Below, in pieces: positions 22,887 through 34,898 of a DNA stretch of 64,000 nucleotides (the stretch's first letter is position 1; each line of letters opens with the position of its first letter). The notes below the pieces were generated by a model. That model ran no database searches, was not told the origin of the DNA, and saw only the letters and a program-made list of their open reading frames with translations. The DNA is taken from NCBI GenBank assembly GCA_036630325.1, contig CP142727.1, positions 558,001 through 622,000 on the forward strand. Reading direction: 5' to 3'. Made by a program: the position numbers and the translations under genes. The stretch comes from Vairimorpha necatrix (lineage: Eukaryota).

Positions 22887-23516
22887 TCTACATGACCGTT
22901 TGGAAATCGCTGTAGAAAAATGATCGCTTGGAGAAAATGAACCCGCATTGAAAATTTAAAAAGACCCCCTCATAAAGAAATGACAAAATTGGTAAGAACA
23001 AAATTTGCAAAAAGAGAGTGTTTGAGAATATGGAAATAATTAAAGTTCTTCTTTAAATTGAATAATGCAGAACCAGTGTGTGCTTTACTTTTCTTGTGTC
23101 TAGTAGAATTGCGGCTATTCTCCCGAAGAGATACAACACCATGTATTACCAGTTCCATTGTAATCATTATCAATGACAGCATATGATGCCACATTAGACA
23201 AATCACTGGTAAAAGCACAGGACTATGTGTTACGTCGTCACTTTCGTAAATTTTAACGAATCCGAGACTCAATACCATACAAATTGAGAGTTTTGGGCTT
23301 CTTTTCAATAAAATATGTGGTCTAGACATGAAACCAGCCAGGATGAACACTAAGAGCACCTTTTACTCCTCCTCTAGTCTTATCGAATGCCGAAAAATCG
23401 ACCTATTAATCATGATCTTTTATTATCTAAAATAAATTGCCAATTCTTTTTTTACATTTATTTTTATTTTTCCCTTTTTTTAAATTTTGAAAGCGGGTTC
23501 CAAACGGTCATGTACC
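22887..23516 (+). mobile_element. Merlin-type MITE, copy 1 (inverted relative to the 48270 copy)
   Basis: Terminal inverted repeats xxTACATGACCGTTTGGAA / TTCCAAACGGTCATGTACC. Interior colinear with the reverse complement of 48270-48881. Remnant TIQIESF resembles the Merlin HTxxIExxW motif. No clean TSD. Confidence 0.75.
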
Positions 23517-23973
23517 AAACTTTCATTTTAGAAAGATAATGATTGCTCATTAAATACTCTATCATATAACACTTCACATCTAAATTTCCATCAAATGCAT
23601 CATAAGCATTTAAATTTTTCGGTGTTTTACTTTACATAAAAAAATATCAATCAATATCATAAATGTATCTTAATATATTTCTATAATAATCTTATGTCAT
23701 GATTATTTTTAGTGACGAGGTTTCCTTATTTTGACGTAGATAATACGATAAAATAACCATCAGATGTACGAATATTTTAATAAATTTTTAATCTAGTGCA
23801 ATAATATCATGTAATAAAGGTCGATTTTTGTGTAATTTTTTTTGATTTATAGTAAATTTTTTACAACAAGATAAATATATAGGAAAAATCGATATTTATA
23901 GAAATTTCCAATTATATATATACAATTACGATTATGTACATTCCAAAATAAAATTTATTTACATACATTGCCC

Positions 23974-24879
23974 ATGTTTTTATTTATTTATTTGTTAAGA
24001 TGTTCTAGTCACACTTTTTTTTACAATGAAGTCATCCAACATCTGGATATCAATAATCAAACAAACTTTTTTTTTACACAAAAAATCAAAGAAAATCTAC
24101 AATTCGAATCAATTTCAGGAAATAGAGACCATATCAGCAATGAAAAGGAGGCATATACGCCGATTGGTGAAATATTTGAACGTCATATCAATAATTACAA
24201 TTTACAAGAAATTGAAGAATCATTATGCGAAAATCACCCCCGCACAAATGTGGTCATCAACAACTATCAATCAACCCAAATATCTAATTGTCTATCACTA
24301 GACTCTCGACTTAAAGAAATGATGGATAAATTTAGACAAATTAAAAATGACTGTAAATTTTATTTTACAAAAAAACCGGGTTTTATCAAAAAAATTATTT
24401 TTAGTAAAATTGTAGTGCAAAAAATATCAAAACGTAGGCATTATCTGAGAAATTGTTTTTTGCGCTATTATGATAAAATAACATATTATACTACAACTAT
24501 TAAAAAAAATATTATCAAATCAAATTTTCAAAACAAAGAAAAAGCAATTGAGGCTCTAGATTTTATTATAGATGTTACCAATTTTTTAATACCTTCAAAA
24601 AACAATTTACGTTTAGTCGATGATTCATTACTCTTATTATATAATTATTCCTTAGTTAATTGGAAAGTACTTATGATCTTAAATATTATTAATCTACCAT
24701 CACTGATCAATTCGATAGAAAATTATTGTGAAAGTAGAATACATGAGGAACAACATAAGTATAATAATTTTTATAAGTTAAAATATAAGTTTATTTTTTT
24801 CTATGAACAAAAAGATGTGCTAAGCACCCAGTTGTTTGAGATATGCCAACTAATAGCGGAAACTTATAATAAATTGTGA
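23974..24879 (+). CDS. Lineage-specific ~300-aa putatively secreted multigene-family protein (paralogue 3)
   Basis: CCC-ATG at 23974 (MFLFIYLLRC). NNLRLVDDSLLLLYNYSLVNWK and LSTQLFEICQLIA shared with the paralogues. Confidence 0.8.
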   Translation: MFLFIYLLRCSSHTFFYNEVIQHLDINNQTNFFFTQKIKENLQFESISGNRDHISNEKEAYTPIGEIFERHINNYNLQEIEESLCENHPRTNVVINNYQSTQISNCLSLDSRLKEMMDKFRQIKNDCKFYFTKKPGFIKKIIFSKIVVQKISKRRHYLRNCFLRYYDKITYYTTTIKKNIIKSNFQNKEKAIEALDFIIDVTNFLIPSKNNLRLVDDSLLLLYNYSLVNWKVLMILNIINLPSLINSIENYCESRIHEEQHKYNNFYKLKYKFIFFYEQKDVLSTQLFEICQLIAETYNKL

Positions 24880-25870
24880 TATGATTTGGAAATATGATAA
24901 TCATATTATTTTAAAGTTATTTGATGTACAAAAAATACAAAAGGATTTACTTTTCGAATGCCTAAATTATCATAACAAACAAAGAAACAGCTTTGTATTA
25001 AAATAAGCTCAAATTTTTAATAAAAGCCTTATTTAAAGAAGTATTTTTTTATTTTTGCAATTGTTTATAATCATATATATACAAAAAAAACATATATGTT
25101 GATTATAATAACTTCGTATTTTATGAATTCAAATCAACAGTAGAGTATTGATGCAATTAATCAATCACTTTTAAAATAAACCTATAAAGTATTCCATATG
25201 ATGAAACACCGCATCGACTCAACGAAAGTAACGCTGAAGAAGAAAAATACCTTAAATATAGTTGTTCTCGCGGAGAATAATATTCAGGCAAAGAAAGAAA
25301 AAAAATATTTATCGCATAAATCAAATAATTTTTTGTATTATAAAAACTTTAATAGTCTTCGAATGTTTTATTTGTATTTTTTAACAAAATGATTTTTTTT
25401 GTAAAAAAGTAGAAGATAAATATATTTGCTCAACTACCAAAATATATTGATTGATCTACGTACGTAATATTTTAAATAAATTATAGCTCATTCTGTATAT
25501 GTTTATACTTATGTAATAATACTTTATAATTTTATCATGAGAAAAAAATCAAAAAAGTAGCTTGCAATTTGAAAGTTCTTATTAAAAGTGTCTTTTTGAA
25601 AAAAAAACATTCATTATACATTTATAAAAGTCTAGAATCATTCCAATGTTTTCACGCGGGATGATGAGGTTACTAAATCAAAAGAAAAAACAAAAACAAG
25701 ACAAAGTTTGATAGACGAATTATAGTAAAAATAATTATTTTGAGGTTATTGTAAATTGGTCTTTATTTGAAGGCAGAAACGAAATTGAGCGTAAGAAACC
25801 ATTTTTTTAAGACAACATTAACAATAGATAAGAATAGCAGTAAGGGGTTTATAAACTTATTTACATAATA

Positions 25871-28800
25871 TGTTATAATCAGTAATAATATTAAACCCTA
25901 ATTATGTTAAGCACTTATATGGGGGCGATACCTAAAGAAGAGTTCACAAGAGAGGACTGTGGCCAAGTGGTCAGAAAGATGTTACAGGAGTTAGAGCGTA
26001 TATTGTATGAATTGGATTTGAGAGATGTGGATAGAGAGAAATGGAAGAGTGAGCTGTTCAAGTTGGCTTCGATGGATTTAAAAGATTTTATTGTGAGAAA
26101 TATCAAAAAGGAAGAAAATATTGAAGGAATAAGGAAGAAGCTATTGTTAAGGATTAAGGAAGTAGAGGAGGAAGAAAAGATATATGAGGAAATGAGAAAA
26201 ACTATTTCTAGGACTATAAATGAAGAAATTAGTAGAGAACAACCAAGACAAAAATCGAGAGTACCGAGATGCTTCTATTGTGATAGACAAGGGCATAGGG
26301 TGTTTGAATGCAGACTGAAGATTAATAGAGATAATTATTATAAAAAGAATAACAAGGATAACAGTTGCAAAATGGAAGTAGGTAGTGAATCAGAGTCAAG
26401 TCAGGAGCGAGATTTTAGAAGATCAAAAAGAGGACTTAGAGTCAAATTTGAGAAAAATCAAAAAGAATATGCCGTTAAAGAGGAGTGTAAGAGAATCAGA
26501 TTAAATTTAGATAAGTATGCTAAGAGTTTTGGAGAGGTTTTTAAGTTAGGAAAAGAGGAGATAAAATATTGTAAACTGGAAAAATGTAAAATTAATACTG
26601 AAGCGGGTATGAAGGTATTTAAAAAGGGACAAATGGTTCCGCAGGCGTTGATAAAAGATACAGAGCTACATCTAGAAGATTTATTAAAAAGGAAAGTGAT
26701 AAGAGAGTCAAATTCAAGTTGGAGGAATCCTATAAGGTCAATCAGAAAGCCAAATGGTGAGATAAGACTGGTTAGTAATTTGATGGCATTGAACGATATT
26801 GTAGAAAAGGACGAGTATAGATTGTCTAACATAAGAGATGTTGTAAGAGCTACACAAGGTGCAAAATATATGACGGTTTTCGACTTAAAAGAGGCCTTCT
26901 ATAGTATTGAGATAGAGGAGGAGGATAAACATAAGACGGCGTTTGATTTTAATGGCAAGGTTTATGAATGGAACTCTATGGTTATGGGATATAAGAATAG
27001 CCCGCAGATATTGCAGAGAATTATGGATAGGATTTTTAGAGATATGAAAGGCAAAGGAGTAGAGGTGTATATGGACGATATTGTGTTGTACAGCCGAACG
27101 ATAGGAGAACACGAGCAATTAGTGAAAAGGGTATTAAATAGACTGAAGGAAAACAATATGAAGCTGAATGCAAATAAAGTTCAGTTTTGTCAACGGGAAG
27201 TTAAATTATTGGGAGTCACTTTAAATGGAGAAGATATAATACCGTCAGAGATAAAGAAAAATGAAGCCCTAGAGTTTCCGATACCAACATGCGTGTCAGA
27301 TGTAAGAAGATTTTTAGGAATGACGGGTTGGTTCAGAGATTTTATTAAGAATTACGCTGGATTGACAGTTAGGTTGACAGATAGTTTAAAAGGGAAGAAT
27401 GATAATTGGAAGTGGACGGATGATATGAAAAACGAGTTTAATAATTTAAAAGAAGTATTGAAAGGCCTAGGAAAGCTGCAAATAGCAGACTATGATAAAG
27501 AATTTTTGTTGAGGACTGACGCTAGTAATGTAGGCATGGGCGCAGTACTGTTACAGAAAAATAATCAAGGAGAATGGGTGCCAGTACAGTGGGCGTCTAA
27601 GAAGTTTACCGTTACGGAAGTTAATTATGGTATATCAGAAAAAGAAATGTACGCAGTTTTTTGGGGCGTTAAAAAGTTTGAATATGAATTAAGAGGCAGG
27701 AAATTTAGAATAGAAACTGATCATAAAGCGTTGGGCGAAATAAGAAACAAGCCCGACTTTAAGAATGCTAGAATTAATAGATGGGTCGAGAAGATTCAGG
27801 AATTTGATTTCGTGATAGAATATAGAACTCCAGAAAATATGGTCGTAGCCGATGCGCTAAGTAGGGTATATACAAAAGAAAAAGATGCAAAGAAAAAGAG
27901 AAATGAAACACGCCGTGATAGACAAAAAGAAGGGAAAAGAAATAAGCATGTAAAAATTGTAGAAGGTAAAGAATACTGGGTATTTGATAGTGGTAGAGAA
28001 GGCGAGATGCCTTTGGAACAAGACAGAGAGAGATTAATAATGGATTGTCATGTAAATTTGAGCCACAGAAGCAGAACAACGGTATATTATGAGTTGAGGA
28101 AACAGTATTATTGGCCAGGAATTAAGGATCAGATCGAAAAGGTCCTTAAGAATTGCGAGACTTGTCAGATTTTTAATAGAAAAACGAGTGGCGGTACTGA
28201 TTTAGTGAACACGACAAGATATTTAGAGAAGGTTGGCTTAGATTTAATAGAATTTAGGGATGAGAAAGCGTTTATTGTTTTGGCAGTTGATTACTTTACA
28301 AGGAGATTATGGGGCAGAGTATTGAAGAGCAAGCACGCATCTGGAATTGCTGAATTTATCAAGGATTTGTGTAAACAGGGTAGAAAACCAGAGGAAATCA
28401 TTACGGATAATGGTAAAGAGTTTTGCAACGAAAAAGTTACCGAGCTATGTAGAAATTTGGATATTAGTCATAGAAAGGTCAGCGTTGAGTCGCACAGAAG
28501 TAATGGAAGAGTAGAAAGAGTTATTAGAACTGTAAGAGATAGTATTTTAAAGAGCCAAAAAGAGAAATTCGAGAACAAGGTCTATGAAGCTATTGAGAAA
28601 TATAATTTAAGTTTTCATGCTGGTATTAAGTGCACGCCAGTAGAAGCTTTAACCGATAATACAGGAAATGTTAGTATGGAGAATAGTCCAGAGGGAAAGT
28701 ATGCGCAACAGTTCAAAAGTTGGTTTAGAGAAAAGTTCAAAAGGAACCAGATAGTTAGGGTTGCCAAGAATGAGAATTTAAAGGGATGTAGTAAGTATAG

Positions 28801-29013
28801 TAAGGGTCGATTTTTAGACATGGGAAGAGTGATTGAGCTATGTCCAGGGGATTCATATATAGTGAGATTAGAGAATGGAAGGTTGGTGAAAAAAAGGCAT
28901 TATGATCTTAAGGGTGTAGGGGATTTAAAGTATGTTGAAGGAGACTAACCGTCTGGAGGGGGGATGTTATAATCAGTAATAATATTAAACCCCAATTATG
29001 TTAAGCACTTATA
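25871..29013 (+). mobile_element. Ty3/gypsy LTR retrotransposon family B, 49-bp LTRs
   Basis: LTRs 25871-25919 and 28965-29013 (TGTTA...TTATA, 1 mismatch). PBS TGGGGGCGAT at 25920 (tRNA-Pro-like). PPT GGAGGGGGGA at 28955-28964. Flanks TAATA/TTATA form an imperfect TSD. Confidence 0.92.
25904..28948 (+). CDS. Gag-Pol polyprotein (short Gag, CCHC knuckle, RT, RNase H, integrase; no visible protease)
   Basis: CFYCDRQGHRVFEC knuckle, FDLKEAF/YMDD RT, TDAS/TDHKAL RNase H, HxxxxH..CETC plus TDNGKEF and NGRVER integrase. Confidence 0.93.
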   Translation: MLSTYMGAIPKEEFTREDCGQVVRKMLQELERILYELDLRDVDREKWKSELFKLASMDLKDFIVRNIKKEENIEGIRKKLLLRIKEVEEEEKIYEEMRKTISRTINEEISREQPRQKSRVPRCFYCDRQGHRVFECRLKINRDNYYKKNNKDNSCKMEVGSESESSQERDFRRSKRGLRVKFEKNQKEYAVKEECKRIRLNLDKYAKSFGEVFKLGKEEIKYCKLEKCKINTEAGMKVFKKGQMVPQALIKDTELHLEDLLKRKVIRESNSSWRNPIRSIRKPNGEIRLVSNLMALNDIVEKDEYRLSNIRDVVRATQGAKYMTVFDLKEAFYSIEIEEEDKHKTAFDFNGKVYEWNSMVMGYKNSPQILQRIMDRIFRDMKGKGVEVYMDDIVLYSRTIGEHEQLVKRVLNRLKENNMKLNANKVQFCQREVKLLGVTLNGEDIIPSEIKKNEALEFPIPTCVSDVRRFLGMTGWFRDFIKNYAGLTVRLTDSLKGKNDNWKWTDDMKNEFNNLKEVLKGLGKLQIADYDKEFLLRTDASNVGMGAVLLQKNNQGEWVPVQWASKKFTVTEVNYGISEKEMYAVFWGVKKFEYELRGRKFRIETDHKALGEIRNKPDFKNARINRWVEKIQEFDFVIEYRTPENMVVADALSRVYTKEKDAKKKRNETRRDRQKEGKRNKHVKIVEGKEYWVFDSGREGEMPLEQDRERLIMDCHVNLSHRSRTTVYYELRKQYYWPGIKDQIEKVLKNCETCQIFNRKTSGGTDLVNTTRYLEKVGLDLIEFRDEKAFIVLAVDYFTRRLWGRVLKSKHASGIAEFIKDLCKQGRKPEEIITDNGKEFCNEKVTELCRNLDISHRKVSVESHRSNGRVERVIRTVRDSILKSQKEKFENKVYEAIEKYNLSFHAGIKCTPVEALTDNTGNVSMENSPEGKYAQQFKSWFREKFKRNQIVRVAKNENLKGCSKYSKGRFLDMGRVIELCPGDSYIVRLENGRLVKKRHYDLKGVGDLKYVEGD

Positions 29014-30139
29014 TTATATTCGTTTTATAGAAAAAAAATAATAATCTAATCTCTTATGAAGGTTAAAAGTGTCTTATGATAAAGTATCTAAGAGAACAGG
29101 ACAATCGGCAATTAATTTGAACAAAACGATTTTTATGCTTCTTTTACACGTCAAAACTAAAGCGTTTGAAAGTTTAGAATACCAGTGCCAGGGCCGCGTT
29201 TTAAAAGGAATATATATATAGTTGATAATTGGTACCATTATAAAAATTTGACTTTTCATCAAGAACGAAAATTTGAAAATCAGGAAACATTATATTTTAC
29301 GATTGTAGATAATCAAATGTTAAAAAAAGTTAATATATAATATAGCATAAAAATAATTTAAGGTTAAATTTCTAAATTTTATTTTTATATCTTTCGATTT
29401 AATAGGATATACGTATTTTACAAGTCCATTTGAGAGCGGTTAAAATCTCTTATAACCGATTTCAAGTATATCTTATAGATAAATTTTTTAATAAAAATAA
29501 TTTAAAAACTTATATTTATACTTAAAAAAGAAGAACTTTTATGTATCTGAGGTATTATGACCACATAACATCTTAATTCTTACAGTTTTTTTTTCATTTT
29601 TAAATATTTCCGTAATCTTTTTAAAAAATATTTTATTTTTGGGCCCTTTGAATTCCAAAGAGAGCAAAGCAAATGAAACTCTTTATTTTTAGACTTTTTA
29701 AAGCCTGCCAGAATAGACGGCAAAATAAATAGTCTTTTAAAATATTACATTAGAACAAGCCGCATCCCTGTGCAACACGCCAGTATGAATCTGTTCCATT
29801 AAGTTCATGATTACATTCATTAGTTAAGTGAAATTGTTTTAGAGGCTACAACCTAAGTAAAAGGGGGAAAACAAATCTGTTGGATACTTTATGGTAGAAA
29901 CATTTTTTTTTACTTTCGTATTATTTTTTTGAATTTTAAAAATGTAAATGGGTTGTCTAGTTGGAATTTAGTGTACAATAGCTTTTTACTATGAAATAAT
30001 CACATAACAATCCATAAATACAACAAAATATTAATTAAATGCATGTTTTAAATACCTTTTTAAAATCTAGATTTGGTGTAGTTTTTATATATGTAAATTT
30101 ATATATACAAATTTCAGTTATAAGACTTCACGTAAAATA

Positions 30140-31042
30140 TTATTTTCTCTTATTGTGACTTTCTGCTATTATTTGACATATTTTATATAAACGTGAGCTT
30201 AGAAAATCCTTTTGATTGTAGATGTAGCTCAATTTATTTTTTAAGAATACCAATTCGTCTAATATACAAGCTTCATTGCTAGTTTTGTTTGGCATTCTAT
30301 TGTGGCAATAATTATAAGTATTTAATATCAAATCAGGTACGTTAATAATGTTCATCACCATAAGTATTTTCCAATTTACTAAAGAAAATTCATATAACAA
30401 GAGTAATGAATCATCATTTAACCGCAAACTGTTGATTTTTGGTTTTAAAAAATCGAAAACTGCTTTCACAAAGTGTAAGACAGACATTACATTACCACAA
30501 TCAGAAAATTTTGTTTTTTCGATATTATCTGCGATATTTGCAATGTGATTTGATATTTTACGTTTGAAGTAAAGAAAAAATTTTGATATAAAATGTCTGT
30601 AATAAGAAATTTTCTTATTTTCTTGTCTGTTAAAGATAATCTTAATTTTGTTTTCTGGTACCTTACTGAAATATAACTGACATTCTTCAGTAATTCTATC
30701 TAATTTTTCTCTCATGTTGTAGAGTTGTTGCTCTAATGTTGTGTGGTTATCAACTTTATTCGATTTAAAGAGAACGTCGGGAGTAAAAAAATGTTTTATT
30801 GCACACGTTGATTTTTTATATTGCTCATAATCTCCACCATTAACTAAATATTCAAACAATTTTTCCATAGACGGATCTCTGTTTTCGTTAAGATCAATTT
30901 CATTATTTCCTTCAGATAATATTTTCATGATATTGATATTGTCGTTACTATTTTCTATATGATCTTGTCCACTTTTAAGATTAGTTTCATTTGTTTTGGC
31001 AGTGCAATGGAAACAATTTAACAAAGAAATAAACAAATACAT
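30140..31042 (-). CDS. Lineage-specific ~300-aa putatively secreted multigene-family protein (paralogue 4)
   Basis: CCC-ATG start. DPSMEKLFEYLVNGGDYEQY, DDSLLLLYEFSLVNWKI and LSSRLYKICQIIA. Confidence 0.8.
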   Translation of the reverse strand: MYLFISLLNCFHCTAKTNETNLKSGQDHIENSNDNINIMKILSEGNNEIDLNENRDPSMEKLFEYLVNGGDYEQYKKSTCAIKHFFTPDVLFKSNKVDNHTTLEQQLYNMREKLDRITEECQLYFSKVPENKIKIIFNRQENKKISYYRHFISKFFLYFKRKISNHIANIADNIEKTKFSDCGNVMSVLHFVKAVFDFLKPKINSLRLNDDSLLLLYEFSLVNWKILMVMNIINVPDLILNTYNYCHNRMPNKTSNEACILDELVFLKNKLSYIYNQKDFLSSRLYKICQIIAESHNKRK

Positions 31043-32387
31043 GGGTTGTGTTTATGACTAAAATTATTTATTATAGTTTAATTTGTTTACGTGGGTTTTA
31101 TTGTTTAATAATGTAAATTTTAAGGGTAAAAAATTCTTCTTTGTGTTTTTTTTTGTGTTTAAAACAAATATACTTTTTATAGGTCAATACATTTTTTACG
31201 AACATACTTTATATCTTTTCTATAATATTTAAATCATTAAAAACACAAAAATCTGAAATAGAAACATTATTTTATTGTTTTCATATAGAATTGTTCGATA
31301 AAAGTGTGTTTATTTTATTTGTCACTATTATATAAATTAAATATTATATATCTATCTCAGAATACGTAAGTTTAATTTTCGTTGTTATCGAAATGCATTG
31401 AGAGTGTAAAAAGTTTTGTTTGATTTAATGCTTTACACTATAAAAGCAATTCTTGACTCGACACTTGGTTAAGATTGAAAGACTTTATAATTTTTTTAAA
31501 ATATGATGACATAGCCTTTGTATGATGTAAATAAATAAAGTACAATAATGTTTATACAACCAGCTTAGGTTTTTTTTAAATTGTTTCTTGAATTAATTTT
31601 GATGGTATTAATTGACTTTATAATATCTATATTTTAGATTCATAGGTTTTAAGAAGTTTTTTGTGAAAATACTGGTTTTTTATAAAATAAAATTGCTTAA
31701 AAACTTTTAAACACGTATATAAAATTTGAATATAATAATGAATAGAGTTATTAACTTTCTGTAAAACCTAGAAGTATATTTAATCTTTTTAGTAGCTTTT
31801 CGAAATTTTTTAGTACATATTGCGTTACAAACTAATCATAAGCATAAATGATATTTTTTACAAGTTTTTACGACTGCAAAAGACATTTTAAAAATTCATC
31901 ATAAACCTTTTTTGACATTTCCCCGCCCAATGTTTTGATTATTATCGCATGATATCTTTAATTACATTGTACTAATCCATCGAGTTTTAATATATTCAGC
32001 ATTATCTTAAGCATACTGAAAAAAGTAAAGAATATAATTTTTACATAATACAGGTTAGATAGGAAACTATATGATAGATTTTTACGTGAGAGAAATTTTT
32101 AAAATCTTAGATGTTTTTTTATATGCCCTGCATGTATGATGATATGCAGAAATAATTCTTCTTATAGCAAATATATTGAAAAAGAGTCCTTAAATTAATA
32201 TATATCATAAAGTTTTTTTAATTATAGCACAAAACAAAATGTTCGTCATTTATTAAGTTTCATTTTGTTAAAAACAATAATATTGCAGTTTTAATCATCT
32301 TTAACGACTTCAGGTAGATTTTTTGTATAAAAAACCTTTATAGGTTTACCTCACCGTCACCTTACGACCAAAACATTTTAGGATGTC

Positions 32388-32410
32388 TATATATATATAT
32401 ATATATATAT
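32388..32410. repeat. (TA)n microsatellite
   Basis: Uninterrupted run of about 11 TA units. Confidence 0.9.
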
Positions 32411-33469
32411 CAAAAGATGAAAATTTGGCGAGTAGTTTATGTTTATATTTTTTAATAACATAAAAAAGCATAATTAAGGCTTTATCTTTTTTACCTTAAT
32501 ATAGGGTTTGTGTTTTTTGCTCCTTTTCCATTATAGATACAATAAAATGATGAGATAAAATAATATTAGTAAAATAAATGATTTAATAAAGCTTGAAAGA
32601 TTGAGGTCATGGAATTTATTTAGATTATATACATAAATAAGTAAAGATTAGCGCTATTAACATATCTGTTTATAATTGGTTAAATTTGTATAAAAATCGG
32701 CAATTTTCGTTGTGGTATTGGTTTGAACTTCTGAACCGAATCTTTTAATTATAATGAACGATTAACCATATGGTGTTGGTTAATAAGGGTAACTCGAATA
32801 ACTATATACCTCTCACATATCGCTAAATATCATTCTTCTTTTACTTAATTTTTTTAAGAAAACTACAGTAAGTGTTTCTATCTCTTTTCTTAGTATAAGT
32901 AGTATTTTTACGTTGAATGGTACGTTCATCGATATAAAAATACAAGAATTCTTTTACTAGATTAGCTGATTTATACTTATTTTATACAGTCTTAGTCTCA
33001 TCAATTTCTACTATCGTATTTCTCCGCCTAGATTTCATATATTATATGGATATTTCATATATGTCCATTTCTTTTAACTTTCATATTAAAGACAAGAAGT
33101 TTTAGAACAATATAAAATTTGAGAAAACACTTACACGGACAACCAATAATTCTCATAATAAGTAGTTGTAATGAAATTCTATAAAAAAGCCAAGGTATTT
33201 GGAAGAAAGTTCCTTTCAAAATAGATTTTGCCTTTTTATACTTATTCCATGAAAGATCAAAATCCTTCTTTTTTACTGATATATTTAATCAAGATTACAT
33301 ATTTACAATTTTGATTTTGTAATTTTATATTAAATCATAATATAGGACTTTATTTCTCCTCATGTTCGCATTTATTCCAATTTTGAAAGGGGTAAACAAA
33401 AAGCTCTATGTGAACCAACTATTTAATCTGACTTTAGCCATTAATCGCTATCTAGGCGTTGAAGATATT

Positions 33470-34197
33470 TGTAAGTTAAGACATAAATTTATTAAATTTC
33501 TATTCTCAACATCGCCGCGCGAAAAAAATACTTTGTGATGTTTAATCTTTACTACTACCTACGTTTACTATTTGGCTCTAAATAAAACAGAAATTTCATG
33601 TTGACTTATATGGGCTGCGTTTTACTCTTTCGCGTCTACTAACCCTTTTTGTATTGGTCTTTAACGTACTTTCTTTCCTTGTTATAATATGTAAAGCCTA
33701 TAAGCATGGGGTTACTTTGCACATGTCTTACAATATGGAAACTAATTTTATATTTCTATCTCATTCTTTAACTACAAAACAGTTTTTTTTTGATTTTCAT
33801 CTCTTTTTAATTCTCTTTAGTTTTTGAACGCTGGTAGTCAGAATTTTTGCCACGATAGCAATAATTCTAAATAGTAAGATGTACCGCTACAATCAATTTG
33901 GACATCTCTTATGCCAGATCTTATTAAAGTCAACACTTTTTCTTATTTGCTCTTTATGGCTCCTCTGCGTCTTCACCTATCCGGGTTCCTCAACTGATGC
34001 ATGTCATCACCTTCTCTTTTGTTAGACAAACATTCCGATTCTAACCTTTACTGCATTTTTTTTTACGTCTCATGCCTCGGCGGAATTTACAACCTCTTCT
34101 TTTGTTTTTTTTTTATCTGGGTCAATAATTTTATTCTGCATATGTATATGATAATTGTAAGTTAAGGGTCAAATTTATTAAATATGTATTCTCAACA
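33470..34197 (-). mobile_element. TRIM-like non-autonomous LTR element with 42-bp direct repeats
   Basis: Repeats 33470-33511 and 34156-34197 (TGT...ACA, 36/42 identical). Flanks ATATT/ATGTT. Decayed PPT-like GCGCGGCGA precedes the left repeat on the minus strand. No long internal ORF. Confidence 0.7.
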
Positions 34198-34898
34198 ATG
34201 TTTTGATCGTTCTTTGAACATTAAATAAATTCGTGAAAACTTACTAAGGCGAACAGCTCTATTAAAAGATAGTCGAAGTAAATTACATATTGATCTATAA
34301 ATAGTTATTTTAATATTTGGTATAAATTTGTAGAAGAGGCATCATATAAGAAGCTTGTAGAAGAACAAAAGCAGAGATTTACATAAAATAAAAACTAAAC
34401 AAGCATACAACCTTTTTTATTATCAAAATAAATAAGTTAGTGAGCATTAGTGAATCCTATGCTCGAATGGTCAAAGGAAACAGCATTATAAACCCAAAGA
34501 AATTTATTGCATTTATAATGGCGAAATATATTTTATAAACAAAGCTACAATGTTTTATCGCAAGTCTCATATGAATGCTGTGAATCAATAGGTTCCAACT
34601 GGGATTTAATATAAGTTTGTTATTATGAAAAAACAAAGGAGTAAGTTAGATGTATTCTTTTTAATTATGCATCAAATGTGTTTGTAAGAGATCAAAAAAA
34701 AGATAATGAGGACTTTGCACTGGGGAACAAGAAATCTTTTGGGCGGAAATAACTGTAGACATGAACATATCTTTATACATCAAAACAAAGCATAATAATC
34801 TGTATTCTTTAAATAATAAAAATTCCAAAAAAACTTTATGGGAAGTTGCAATAAACAACAGAGATCTATTTACCATAGACGAGAATCAAAATTCGATT

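Noticed and set aside
27980-27994. VFDSG in the family B polyprotein as a relocated protease active site
   Set aside because: It lies in the RNase H-integrase linker about 20 aa before the integrase zinc-binding His. There is no room for a protease fold and no downstream hhG motif.
34230-34898. Possible decayed ORF interrupted by the family C element, continuing at 38805-39200
   Set aside because: Coding-like composition but multiple stops and no family I can recognise.
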